The position numbers and the translations under genes are program-made. A stretch of 61,983 bases of DNA, the filler included, from Choristocarpus tenellus KU-1152 (lineage: Eukaryota; Protista; Phaeophyceae), in NCBI GenBank assembly GCA_964200185.2. It is 11 parts of 11 records of this genome, joined end to end, with 100 filler letters (N's around TTAATTAATTAA, not from the genome) between each part and the next. Parts side by side here need not be neighbours in the genome. Positions count along the whole stretch, not along the records: positions 8,788 to 13,266 come from CAXNAD020014367.1; positions 13,367 to 18,198 come from CAXNAD020012888.1; positions 18,299 to 21,699 come from CAXNAD020020282.1; positions 21,800 to 28,267 come from CAXNAD020008076.1; 7 more parts are not named here. One strand, given 5' to 3'. Of the stretch, positions 12,201 to 25,065 are shown one piece after another. The stretch's first letter is position 1. Each line of letters starts with the position of its first letter. The notes under the pieces are model-generated. The model ran no database searches. It was not told the DNA's origin and saw only the letters and a list, made by a program, of their open reading frames with translations.

Positions 12201-13266
12201 AAATTGGTGCAACTTCTGTAAGAGGCAGCCTTTATCCCCTTTACAAAAACAATATCAAAACATTTTCCATTCTCCTGCGTAGTGATCGTCGCATGTTACA
12301 ATAAAAAGTACAATAGGTTACCCCCGATAAATGTTTTAAGGGTACCGGTCTTGTACTCAACAGAAACGAATCCGACGAAATATACACCCTCCCTCACACT
12401 GCATGCTCCCCGAGTGCATTCGTGAAACCTCACGCCTGCTTACAAAGTAACATTTATGCTTCCATACCGTTGATGTTCTCGTGCTCATGGATTCCACCTT
12501 CGCAGACGATGAAGCCATTGAGAGAGCGAAACAGGAGCAAAGCGAGTCTGTGCGGCTTCTCAGAAAGACAGGGGAACGAGAGTTCGACCTCCCTGTCCAT
12601 TGGCTTCCCACCGATGACGATGGCGCTGGAACTGGTTCCCGCGACGTCGAAGACACCGACCAGGGTGAACGCTCGGGTGGAGGAGATAATCTCGTCAGCG
12701 GTGACAATGATCTCGGCGGACTCGAGGAAACAGACTCTTCCTCATCGGACAGCAACAAGGAAGAAGCTGACTCTCGTCGACGGGGTTGGCCTTGTGCTAC
12801 GTTGACATTGGCGAACCATGGAAACCTCGTCTCCGTGCAGAAAGGCAGATTTTCCTTTTTTGTGGCAACGGAGGTGCCGCTCTTGGTTGGCAAGATCCTA
12901 GCGGAGCGCGTCGGCGAGAACGGGGAGCGTGGGGTGGATCTTCACTGGCTTCGGCCGACTAGCGACCACACGCGTGACAACGCTGCGTTCATTACCCTTG
13001 AGAAGTATGGAAAAGTACTTTTGTAGAAGGCTACATACACGCTGGTGATAGATCCGGCCAAAGTGGGAAACAGAAGCGGGTTAAAGACGTAAGCTGGGAA
13101 CCCGTGGCGGGTATTGTTTCGACTTGCGAGAAACTTGTTGGGAATGGCAAAAAGGTTTCTACCAAGGTCTTGAAAGTTCTACGGTCCACTACAGAGGTGA
13201 GGGAAAGGGGGGTTTTGTTGGAGAAGGACGGAAGACTACATTCAAGGGACGAGGGGAGGAGAGGGG
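9222..13266 (+). mobile_element. Multi-exon DUF7869/Sola-like DDD transposase gene, probably 3'-frameshifted
   Basis: GT-AG exons 9222-9479, 9944-10107, 10327-10415, 10832-10944, 11197-11342 and 11702-12138 splice in frame. They give CDIC, FMSVDAANQ, QVDNCVSENKN and VMVGHTHIKIDQMFSRFS. A further coding region ~12450-13266 has a 1-nt frameshift near 13015. Possible upstream exon 9039-9080. Confidence 0.8.
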
Positions 13267-13366
13267 NNNNNNNNNNNNNNNNNNNNNNNNNNNNNNNNNN
13301 NNNNNNNNNNTTAATTAATTAANNNNNNNNNNNNNNNNNNNNNNNNNNNNNNNNNNNNNNNNNNNN
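13267..13366. other. Artificial contig linker
   Basis: 44 N + TTAATTAATTAA + 44 N. Confidence 0.98.
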
Positions 13367-16300
13367 ATGAAGGTAACTCACCCTGGAGAGGTGTACCTTC
13401 TACGCGGCAACCACGAAACGGTCAATCAGACGGCCTCGTGCGGCTTCAAGGTACGATAAGGGCAAAAAGAGATTGGGATGAAGGCCAGGGGGACAGGAAG
13501 GGCGAGTGTGTTTTGGTTGGCCAAGCCCGACGGCCGTCGTTGAGGGGAAAGAGAAGAAGGAGGCAGGTTGTTTTTGACAAGGGGGAGAGGTCGTTGAGGA
13601 GGAGAGGGGGGGCAGGGGAGGTGGGAGGTGCAGGGTTGAGGAATTTCAGGCGGAGAGGTTGAGACTGTTCAAAATATTGCGGAGTGTGTGAAATCATTGT
13701 GGGTAGTCATGAGCGGGAAGGATACCGTGGTGGGTGAGGTTTGTGTTCAAATCGCACAACTGCGTCGTTTGAATTTTCATCATTGTATCCTCCCAGAGTA
13801 CAGACATACATTTGTCTCCCTAGTATAGCCTCGAGACTATCCTGAACTGTGCTCAGATGCACCACACTCTGCAGCACTACTTCTCATACTAACAACTTAC
13901 CACTGAAAAAAGTACCTCTTCCTCTATGACTGGTGGTAACGCCTCCATTTGTACCTTGCTTCTTGCGCATTGGGTCCAGTACTCCCATTGCCCATTGCTC
14001 CACCTCCTCTCTTGCACCTTGTGCTGGACCCACCTCAACAATACCGCAATATCTTGGTCTGACGTTTGTATGGTATTAATATACCGACAGACAGGATAGC
14101 ACAAGTGTAAGTACCATTTAATGCATTTGCCACGTGGGATTGGATAATCCATATCAGGTTTCCATGAAATTAACTCTGGTGTCAATTGACTGGCCTGCAA
14201 AACTGATCATGGAGCAACTTCCTTGTACTATCATCTTCATAGAACACATTTTCTGCATCGACTGGTGGTGGGTGTATGGTGTACCCTGTACTTGTACCTT
14301 TATCCCGGAAGCTACTGCGCATCCTTCACACAATATCACAGTTCATCTTCCTATTGTGGGATATACCCCAAACTCATCCTACGTGGCTCTGTCCTCCTGA
14401 CTCTACTCCTTTTTTTTTCCTTTGTTTGTCCTTCCTCTTCGTCCTTCCTCTTTGTCCTGGTCACACAGGCAGAGTGCCTGTCGAAGTATGGAGAACTTGT
14501 CTATAACAAGTTCATGTCGTGCTTCCGAGCTCTTCCTCTTTGTGCCCTGCTCGGGCAGCGAGATGGGCAGGAGAGGTACATGTGTGCGAATGTCTGTAAC
14601 AGTCCTACTGGTGTGATGTTTCTAGAGCAACACGGGCACTTCAGGAAACTGCTTAGAATGCTTAGAAATGCTTAGAAATGCTTAGAAATGCTCCTAAACA
14701 TGCTCCCCTTTGTCAAAACTATGAGTACAACTTGCCTCCACCCACAGTGGAATTTCCCCAAATATTGATGGTGGGTCAAACTGCTTGAACTTCTCCAACG
14801 TAAGTGTTACTCTCACAAATACTCTACTAAGCCCACCCCACCATAAACTTACTCCAGAGCTTCTAGCGTAAACTGCTCTTAATCAACTTCATCTTCTCCT
14901 CCAAGTGCCCCATCACGTACTGAGGATGACACGAAGCAAGAGAGCATTCTAGCATTTGATTGCGCCCATCTAGACTTCTTTTATGCTCACCTGCTTTGGT
15001 CCACAACAATACATCTTTTCTGAGTGGTACAACCGCCTACCTGCTGCGTATGATCATGTTTGTGTCTGTCTGTGTGTGTGCGCGCGCGCGTCTGTGTGTT
15101 CATTTGTTGAGGTTTTCCAGACAGATCAGTGTATTAGTATCTCTGTTCTTTTCTGAATTGTAGATACAACATCATGTTCAAAATGTATCACACCCTTTCC
15201 TTGCAGCCGTCAAAAGTGTCAAAGATGTGCTTCTCCTGGTTAGCATGTTTTCCCTTCATAGGCTGTTTTCCGTGCACGGGGGACTATCCCCTCTTCTGCA
15301 CGACCTTGGAGATGTGCAGATGATTGAACGACGCATGGAACCAGAGCCAGGAAGCTTGCTCTTGGATCTGCTTTGGGCTGACCCGAGCGACCACAAGCTA
15401 CTTCTGCCTCAGACTGAGGTGAGATTGGGACACATTGAATGGGGGTGTAGCGAGTGAAACAAAACTGAGAGGTAGGTAGGTAGTGTTGCCTTTAGGATTC
15501 TGAGAATGGTGATAAAGGTTATACTTTGCACGATTGTAGAAAGGATATTTGCTCACTTGTGGTGTCACTTTGTGTGTGAAAAGGGGGAATATCAATTCTA
15601 CGTCAATAATGTGCACACAAAGCAATGAAGTAGAGTGTACTCCACAGGGTAAGAGATACGGCTTAGAATGCAAAAGGGTCCAAACTTGTAAACCTCCCAA
15701 TTGGTTTGGCTCAATATGACCGTGGAACAATCTTTTGACATACACCCCAGCTCTAACTCTCTTACAGCAAGAAGCACCAGAGTCACAATTTCGTTGGATG
15801 ATTCACCTTTTGCCAAACTCAGAAGGTAGTCCTCCCAAACCTCTCCACTGCGGACAGCTACGCTACCACACCCCACATGCTTCATAACTTACATGCAACC
15901 CATGCATATCCTGATAATCGGGCTATTCACCCCATGATGTACTCTTGGATCGCCAACTATTGCCCTCTGTTCAACCAAACCGTGTGCTTACAGCAACATA
16001 TCCAAGCAGAAGATGGCCTCTTTGGTCGCGTCTCTAGGAACAATCATGTCAAGACTGTGACTAAATTTGAGGACTTTCAGCAAAACCTGGCAAGAAGGTG
16101 CTCTTATGTATACGGTGCCGATGCAGCTCGATCCTTCCTTAAGGTCAACAGGCTTCGGGGTGTGGTCCGGGCGCACTCAGTTCAGGTACAACACAATTCA
16201 ATGTATTTGGTGCTTGTTGTGATCTTTCTTGGGAATTGGTTGGGTCAATGGTCCAGATATGGGAATGCAATCGTACCCAACACTACAGATGTTGATGAAA

Positions 16301-18092
16301 TGTTTTGCGTTTGGACTGCTCCTGTAGAGCCAATCAATACAACATGAGGCTCAAAATATCTGGGGGGAGGGGGGAGGGGGGTTCTACACCAGGGTGTCCG
16401 TTCGGGCCTTGACCAGGAAAAGTGCACTTATATTATCCGTCCGATGCATGCAACCAAATCACAAAAAAATTGCGACATGGAAATATGGATCCCGAATGGA
16501 CAGCCACCACCCTCTGCCCAGACACTTTGAGCCTGAGCAAGGATGCCTGCCATGCACTTCATATTAAGGTTATGCAATTTGCACACACATAAGCCATATT
16601 GTGCAGTCCAACAATAGGGTACCTTTTCCTCGCTGGAAGTTGAGAGCAATGACTATTGACCAATATTTGTGCTCGTTCATATCCATATTTACTGTGATAC
16701 AGGGCTTCTGGTGTAGTGTTTGGTCCAAGCAAGAGAGGAAGATACCTTGCTGTAAATGTTGCGTACATATTGCTGTCATTGGCGTGGTGCTTTCATGTGG
16801 GGGTTTTCTGTGCCAGAATTGACATTGAAATATTCAGTGAAGTTCTCAATTTTCGGAGTCCCTTGGAGCACACACCAGTTCACCCCTATCCTGCATTTCC
16901 CGTCCAAATCTCCTTGCTCAGATCCAGTCACTACCCATGACCTCACTTTAATGTACCCTCCATATCATAACTTCACGTTTTGCGAAGGGGAATCGTGTGA
17001 GGTCCATAACCTGTTGAAAACTGAGTTGGTATACGTTGTGCATTGTTGTGCTGTGTCTGCTTTGCGACAAAGGGTGTCATATTGCAACAAAGCACCATTG
17101 AATTTGTTCTGGTAGGACTGATGACAAGTCTTACTCAATCAGGCAATGGTTGATGTGAAAGTGGGTTTGGTTGTTCTCGCGGTTAGCACGTTTAGAGAAA
17201 CGTGTGTGTCATAGTACAACAAAACACCTGTGAATTCGTTCTGGTGCGTCTGATGGCATGTTTTGCTCAATCAGACTATGGTTGATGTGAAATGTGTGAT
17301 CATTCATTGAGACGCTCAAATCAAGAAATGCATGCTCTGTGAAGAGGCTTGTCACCTTCGCTGAGAGGGGTTTCGAAGGATGTTTTTGACACCAGCGATA
17401 TTTCATCCCGGCGTGTGTCTGGTACACGTATTGCAGAGTGAGCATGATGAATTATGAGGGGGTAATGCCAGTAAAAAAAAATACATAATCAACAGATAAT
17501 AAGCAACTGACAACTTCTTGTGTGAAGAAGAAGAAGGGAGGCAAAACACAGAAGAAACAAGGAGAAGACCTTGAGTCAATAGCTGAGGGAACTTATGCGA
17601 CACATGATATGCCTGTATGTGTGATAGGAAGCGACTGTTCTTATGCTTCCTATATACTGTGGTGTTCTGAAGGTGATTGATGATGTTGTGACGAGGAGTT
17701 ACTGAGGTAAGTGAGAATAGCGACCATCACAATGAACAAGCAACATTCAGTATGGACTGACGATAATGTATCGTATCAAAACAAATCAAATGAGTAGCCT
17801 ATATTTTAACAACTTGCACCTTCATAAAAACGAAGGAGGAGGGCTTCTGTCGGCACTTTGCCAACAACGACAACAACAGCACTGTCTTGGACTTTGACCG
17901 AGGGATTGGGACTGGCACCATGACCAGGGCCGAGGGGGGAGAGAAGCTCCACCTTGGTCTGGTTACAACAGTATTTTCCGATCCAGGGTACCAGGGCTGC
18001 CAGAACTTGGGAGCAGTCCTTGCAGTGAAAGCATGCGGCAGCGTCAGTGCTGTCACCTACGACGTATCTCCACAGCCTGCTGTGAAGAACAG
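13367..18092 (+). CDS. Ser/Thr protein phosphatase, PPP family, calcineurin (PP2B)-like; partial at both ends
   Basis: Exons 13367-13450 (LLRGNHE), 14469-14575 (FRALPLCAL), 15262-15418 (VHGGLSP, DLLWADP), 15994-16185 (RRCSYVYG, VVRAHSVQ), 17836-18092 (EEGF, TTVFSDPGY). Phases are consistent. Confidence 0.9.
14650..14695. repeat. 10-bp minisatellite (GCTTAGAAAT) x~4 in intron
   Basis: gcttagaat gcttagaaat gcttagaaat gcttagaaat gctc. Confidence 0.8.
16348..16533 (+). mobile_element. MITE family A, full length (186 bp), intronic
   Basis: TIRs GGCTCAAAATATCTGGG ... CCCAGACACTTTGAGCC; flanks TGA(G)/TGAG. Confidence 0.9.
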
Positions 18093-18198
18093 GTGCACGG
18101 AGCCATATGCACGGTCATGTGTGTTCTTGTATGGGATGACCAGTGTTTGGATCGAGGAGGGGGAGGGTGAGGATGGTGAGGGATTGTGTACGCGAAGT

Positions 18199-18298
18199 NN
18201 NNNNNNNNNNNNNNNNNNNNNNNNNNNNNNNNNNNNNNNNNNTTAATTAATTAANNNNNNNNNNNNNNNNNNNNNNNNNNNNNNNNNNNNNNNNNNNN
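18199..18298. other. Artificial contig linker
   Basis: 44 N + TTAATTAATTAA + 44 N. Confidence 0.98.
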
Positions 18299-18420
18299 CC
18301 CAAAATTGACTGGGAGAAAGTGTCGATATGTTTTTTTTGTATTGTCGACATTCCAGTCAATTTTGGGTCAAGCCTATCCTCAATGAAAAGCTCCATCCTC
18401 AATTTTTGAAATCTGCTGTT
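18299..18420. mobile_element. Fold-back MITE family C (centre and one arm)
   Basis: Hairpin CCCAAAATTGACTGG...TGTCGA...TCGACA...CCAGTCAATTTTGGG. The arm ends ATCTGCTGTT(AA) and matches 58253-58288; the centre matches 32686-32716. Confidence 0.7.
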
Positions 18421-21400
18421 AAATGCTACGGCATGGATGCACACCACTGAAGATTTGGCCTTCTTTGGCTGAGGCTTTCGTGCCACCAGGAATCTGGATT
18501 ACCTGCGGAAAATACCAATTTTTCTGTCCTTACATGCTTGAATGACAGCAAATTCCAAAATTGGAGAAGTTTAATCAAACATGAAATGTTGATTACGAAT
18601 GTTTTCGTGTTACGTATCAATTTTTGTTTGCATTATTTCTTTGAAGCTGCAAATAATGCTGTGGTAATGACTACGCTGCTGATTGGACTGCTCTATCCCT
18701 GGCAACAGCTTCTGTAATAGATGCAATGGCTTCCTTCAGAATATGCTTTTTCTCAATGCGGAACTCCAGTGCCATGTCTCGATTTTTTCTGTTGCCTGAG
18801 GGTTGAACAAGGGGAAAGGGTAGAGATGGAAAGGTTTGCTGATTGAGCATTGGTTGGGCAATCTAAACAACATAAACTCTTCTCACCCTTCTTCACTGCC
18901 TGCCACTTCCTATATCACTTTTCAGTCGAAGGGACCCATCAGGATGAACCAGCACCCAGTCAATTATCACCATCTACCTCAAGAACAGCATCGCCACCAT
19001 GCTAACAGCAATAATTGAGTTTTTCCCCTGAGTTGGTCGACCCGTTCCTCTCGTTGCTTCTTCAGCATCCTCCCAAACAGCTGCTACAAATCAATTGTTG
19101 CGGTTGAAAACATGTTCTACTGGAACTGGTAGTTTGAATGACCAAGGTTATGACAGAACATCAGTAGATGGTTTCTTTTCCTCACCCCCCATAGGTTTCT
19201 TCTGTAGTGCCAGCAAGCTTTCATCATCCTTCAAGCTTGTGCCCTTGATGTCCAGCTCAAAGGAACACACCTGTTTGCAAAGTCACCAGGGAGGCCCTTA
19301 GTGCACACAGTCACGGTTTGAGATACCTCGGTAGTGATGCAGAAGGAAGAACCTCAGATGAAGAAAATTAAAAGAGAACTCGGAACATCTACTTCCAAGC
19401 ACTTCAACCTGTATTGTGTACAACAGTGCGGTTCTGGTGCTGATTATGTACTTCATACGTACAACAAAGTATCACTACTGAACTGTGGACTTTTCAAGTA
19501 TCACCTACATTGTCGTATCTCTCCTTTCATGCTTTACCTGGTGAATTGCTCTAGGTTCACTACAGCAGGGGTTTCCAACAGGCACAGTTATCTCATCAAC
19601 AGGCTACTGGAAACGTCCAAGGAGTCTATCAACACCACACACAGTGCAATTATGAGCGCAAGTTGTTCGATAATGCCACATGGGTCGCATGGCCTGGCAT
19701 GCTGTTGAGTGTAACAGTGCCATCCCTGGCATATAAACAGCACTATCCAACAACGTCCATGATCAAAATCAGCACGAATAGCACCTTTGGTTTTCTTTGT
19801 CCTCTTAAGGACAAGAGGGGGAGCATAATACATAACCGCTGATTTTTGGGTCACAACTTATCTTTTAGACAGGGAAACAACAAACGAATGACCATAACTC
19901 TTACCTCGTTGATGCATTGAGAGGGTAGGACACAAAGGCATGAACAGCATACACATCGATAGAGTAGCCTACATATCTAACCCCAGAGGTAGAGTGAGGT
20001 CTGCACCTTCATCCCTTCAATCCCCTGAATAACTCCAAGAAAGAAAAGTCCCTGCAGATAAGAGTTAACTGTACTTGTACGTACTGCACAGGCCAAGGTC
20101 TGAATGGGGATAACTTGACCCCAATTGTGAAGTATAGAACACGACGAATTGAAAGAGTTAAAATGATCATAGTTGCTCAAGCCTTCTAATTGGTCGGTAA
20201 AATTAGTCTGAAGGAATTTTATTTTTATTTTTATCGAAGGGAACTAACTGCCCAAGGCCCTTCTCATAGCCTCGCCCACCCAAGTATAACCACCCTTTAT
20301 AATATTTTTTATTAGTTTGCCGACTGAATTGTTATTGGCTTGCTCCCCCACCCCTCCTACCCCCCATAGATACATTATTGTTATTATTGCTCTTACTATT
20401 ATTACTCGCTGAACAGAGCTAAAGACTGCTGATTGGCTCTGACATATTTTTCTTAATGCTATTGACGCAATGGTGGATCCCTGGAATTGGGAAATGTTGC
20501 TGGTGGACATCAAGTTCCTTATCAACGTTAGAGACCCCAAACTAGAAATCCTATCAAAGGCATCAGGCGTCAACCACCTCATGCTCTCGCCATTTTCTAT
20601 ATGAGGGGTTTAACCCTATCCCGATTCAGGCCTGGCCTTGTCCCTTTGGACTCAAGGGTTCTTTTCTAATGGGAGAGAATTTGCTCGCTTGTTCAGAGCG
20701 ATAACTTTGTGTGGATGGTTCTGTGAGTACAATAGTCAAATATATATTAAAAAAACGGAGTGGGAATTTGACATAGATTGTTGAATTTCAACTGTTCATA
20801 TTCAGTCAGACCTTCATCAATAATATGCTTAACGGTTGATGTTCAAGTAGTGGTAAAAAAATGTATTCACGGAAGGGGTTAAAGGTCAAAACCTAATCCT
20901 AATCCCATGACTGGATACTCTTTTGTAACAAGCATTTTGAATCGGAATGGCAAAACATACATTCAATTTTGAATCAGAAAAGCCAACTTTATTTTCACTG
21001 ACTGTTGACACTCAGCAATGTCACAGACAGTGACTTAATGCCAGAAAAGGGTGAAACCACATCAGATCGGGAAGCACACCCTGTGGAATAGACATGAAAC
21101 CGTGTGACTTCCAATCCCCATGAGGCAAAGTGGCTCTCCTCTTACAAGTAGTAACATGTTATTATTATTATTATTATGGTTTTTCCTAGTAGTAGTATTA
21201 TCTTTATCATTGATAATATCCATGTTAATCTGAGGGTCTCAAAACCGTAGCTGTAAGGTAAGTTGAGGAAAAGCAATCACAAAATACTATACATATAAAT
21301 ACCCTAGTTGCATAATAATGCCAAAAAAATGTAGATGAACAAAAAAAAAGAAAACTTAAAGCAGTTTAGAGGACCAATGTCATAATTTTTATTATTACTA

Positions 21401-21699
21401 CTATCATTACTTCTATAACTGTTCAAGTTAGTCTTAAGGGGGGTCCCACACACCCTTGATTGGAGGATTTATTTGACCAGTACACAAAAAATAAAAAATG
21501 CTAGCGTGCCATCATGATGTCAACCTCTGAGCATCAGTGAACATTTCAGACCTTACAAACAAAAAAAATGAACGACTTAGGATCGAGATCAAGTTGAGCC
21601 CAACAAAGGGTCAGAGACTTTGTCCCCTTTCATACCTACCAGTGAATGAAAAATAATACATCAAGTAGCATCAAGCGCCCCCCCCCCCCTCCCCTATAG

Positions 21700-21799
21700 N
21701 NNNNNNNNNNNNNNNNNNNNNNNNNNNNNNNNNNNNNNNNNNNTTAATTAATTAANNNNNNNNNNNNNNNNNNNNNNNNNNNNNNNNNNNNNNNNNNNN
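21700..21799. other. Artificial contig linker
   Basis: 44 N + TTAATTAATTAA + 44 N. Confidence 0.98.
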
Positions 21800-22279
21800 A
21801 AATAATGTAGCTGTGTGTGTGTGTGGGTATGGGGGGGGGGGGGGGTAAGGGTGTTACCGGTCTGACCTGCTGCAAGCACCCACCAATGTGGGGACAAAGG
21901 GTGACAGAAAAAATATACAACGGACAGAGAGACATGGTGTACAAGAACGCCTTCGCATTCACACCACAGTCTCTCTCACCCCTACAGACAGCAGTGACAA
22001 AATTGAACACAAACAAACTCTCCTGTAGAAGGGAGGGGACGGGGGGAGAGCTCTACTGGAATCAGGTACAATCCTTAGGTACAAAAAAATTAGCGCCATG
22101 ATATGAACCTCTTGACAACAACTCTGACTGGACCTACACCAAAGGCATAAGCTGTGCACAAGAGAGGCGGGTGACTCTAATGATCTTTAGTGAAGTTAGC
22201 ATTCCACACAGAAATGGTATGCTGTATGGACAATAACATCGATGCTCAGTGGGGGTCACTGAAGGGTCCACATGCTCAC

Positions 22280-24940
22280 CAAATAAGGGGGGAGACATGG
22301 TGCCATAAACAATGTTCTTGACGGTCCCAGCTGAGACATCAATTACCTGTGTTGGGCATGGGGAGGATGGCAGGGAAGTTTTCAGAATACCTCTGGAGAG
22401 CTGCAATCCTTTAATGTTCATTTTGTGCTTGGGGGGGTCGGCATTGTATTCTGAAAATGGAAGTATAATTTCAGCAAGTTTGATTCTGAAGGGAGGGTAT
22501 GGTGAAGACTAAATTGAGCAGGAGAAAGTTCTGCTAAGAGAAAAGCATGTTTTTGATGCCACCCTTCAAGCCACACGTGCAAATTTTTTCTCAACACCAT
22601 CATGCATGAGGTATTACCTTGGACAACACTTCCAAAATCTGTGACATCAACATCTCATGTTTGTTACGTACACATGCCCACTCTCACAATTAAAAAAATA
22701 TGCTAGGGGTTGGTGAGGAGATACACAACACACACACACACAGGCACACATGCAACAGCTGTAGATCCTTGTCACCTTCATGAGTGACAGGTTCTTTTGC
22801 TTGGGGGTTTCAATTCCCTACAATCACTATACTCTGGTCAAATGTCATTACCTCAGAACACCATACCATGTCCCCACAAAGAGGTGTCTCCGACATACTC
22901 AATCTTGATTTTTTCGATACAACATAACTGTGAACCCTACCCCCACATAAGAGGTGCTCTCTGTGGTGAGAAAAGAGGATTAAAATACACACCAAGCTTG
23001 ACCAATAGCAAATACACAAGCACACACTTATGGCCAGACACCAGTATGCTGTACACTTCCTACAGAGAAACTTTGTTGTGAAAAGGAGCTTATTCCCACA
23101 GCCCCTGTCCACCCACTACATACCCCACACCTGAAAAACCTCATCAAGTGTGAGAGGTGAAAGATTCCCAAGTCCTAAAAGGTTGGTGGTGAAGAGGAGC
23201 TTCCAGCGCCCATCCACCTTGCTCAGGTCCCTGCAGAGCCAGAAGAGTTCCAAATCAAAATGGCACCGAAGAGGGTGGTGCACATCAAGTACAAAGAGAC
23301 CAATTCGAAAGTGGGTACACAATCTCATGGTAACCTCCACGTCTCTTACAGCCAGAGCCATCATGACTGTCACAAAGCAAGTCCATTAAATGCACAACAC
23401 TTTGAAATAGTTATTTGACTAGGGCAGGATTTACCTCCAGCATTGAAAAACGAGAACAGCAACAGGGCAGGAGACAATAGCCCTAGTTGGTATTGCCACC
23501 CCCATGTTGTGTGACTGGCAAAATTTGAAGAAAGAACCACTAATTCCTGAGCTTTGAAACTCATAAATTTGCCTGTCCTCTTAATAGAGACAAAACATGA
23601 TGCCCCATTTACTGGACACTATGAAAAGCGTATACTGTTGGAGTGCATGCATGAATGCTAAGGGAGGCTAAAGCAAGTGCAGAAAGAACTTCAGAATAAA
23701 AATTATGCATAGCGTTGGAAACAGGATTTCTTGAGTGCAACCACAACATCGCACGTATGTACTTGAGTTGAGGGCATATCATGAAGTTGTTTTGAAGGTT
23801 ATACATACAAAAAAAAGCGAAAAACGGGACTACAGATTTAAAGTTACAACCTAATTGAATCAATGGGATGGGAATTTTTTTTCAATGTGAAAATGGTACA
23901 TCATGTGGACCAAGAGGCAACTTTCTGTGTTCACGTAGGCAGGCACTATTTCAGCTTTGAGAATAAATTATCACATTTTACGCCCCTTCATCTGTTCATG
24001 GATGTAATCAGACCTGGGAAATTGAACGTCCCTTCCCTGTCCAAACTCCTCAAGCTCCGTCACCAAGTTCTCGATGTTGCTGCGACAAATGGCAAGGCGA
24101 GAAGGTATCAAATGTGAGATTGGAAGGGAGGCAGGCAGGTACAACAACACAACTTTGTTTATACAGGTAGGGATCGAGATGAGAACCAAGGTGGTCAGTA
24201 ATTTTCTTAAATATGCTCCCTAGCATGCATCACGAAGATTTCCATGATACTGTAAGAGGAGGAATGTATCATGAGGTGATTTGGGATGATGTATAAACCA
24301 GAAACCACCTCCAGCTATGTACGTGGGAACAGAGGAGAGGAACAAGGCTACACACCATTTATCCTATACAGTACTTCTGAACGGCTGAACACATTAAGGA
24401 GGGGTTTGATTTGCCTTAAAAAATAACAAAAATGTACGGAACGGATCATCTCACAACTGAAAAGATGAACACTTGTCCAACGAGCATACGCACCCTCTTG
24501 ACACAGGCCGAAGTCTAGGCTGTCACCTTTTGTCTTCGGACGACTTCGGAATGTAACCTACTCCCATTCCGGTGAATATGGCCTGCAGGAGGTCATCCCT
24601 AAGGCGTGTGGCGGCTGGGTCAAATGTCGCTTCGTTTTCCGCTTCCCCAGAGACATCAGATGGCATAGCGTCGATAATGTTTTCGTCCATCGATGACATC
24701 AAGGTGCTGTGACCTCCAGCTTGACCTGATACAAGACGGATACATGGGCGCAAGTTGCTCTTTGAGTGTTCTGTTGGGAAGTCGCATGAACTCCGAGCTT
24801 TACTGGCATAGTCCATCCAAACCTGCGACCCGCATACTGCTATGCAAATTCAGGCTCGGGACGAAGGCCCTGCATCTTGAGCAGGAGAGTATCCAGACGG
24901 TGGCCCCTAGGAGGCGAACGATAGTTTTCTTCGTCTTCAT
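22280..24940 (-). CDS. Plastid lipid-associated protein / fibrillin (PAP) family, plastid-targeted, 3' end unresolved
   Basis: Exons 24940-24838 (MKTKKTIVRLLGATVWILSCSRCRA-FVP), 24770-24527, 24079-24014 (NIENLVTELE), 23230-23131 (DLSKVDGRWKLLFTT...VFQ), 22346-22280 (VIDVSAGTVKNIV). Phases are consistent and the motif order fits PAP/fibrillin. Confidence 0.8.
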
Positions 24941-25065
24941 CACAAACGGACCGAGGTGGAAGGTGAACTGAGGCAAAATGGAGAAGATGGGAAAGCCAGT
25001 TTGGAGGAACTTAAAAAAAAATACATTTCAAAGTATATACGTAGTTTGTATGTCGAGATATCCTT

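Noticed and set aside
12357-12893. 178-aa minus-strand ORF
   Set aside because: Antisense shadow of the acidic transposase C-terminal exon.
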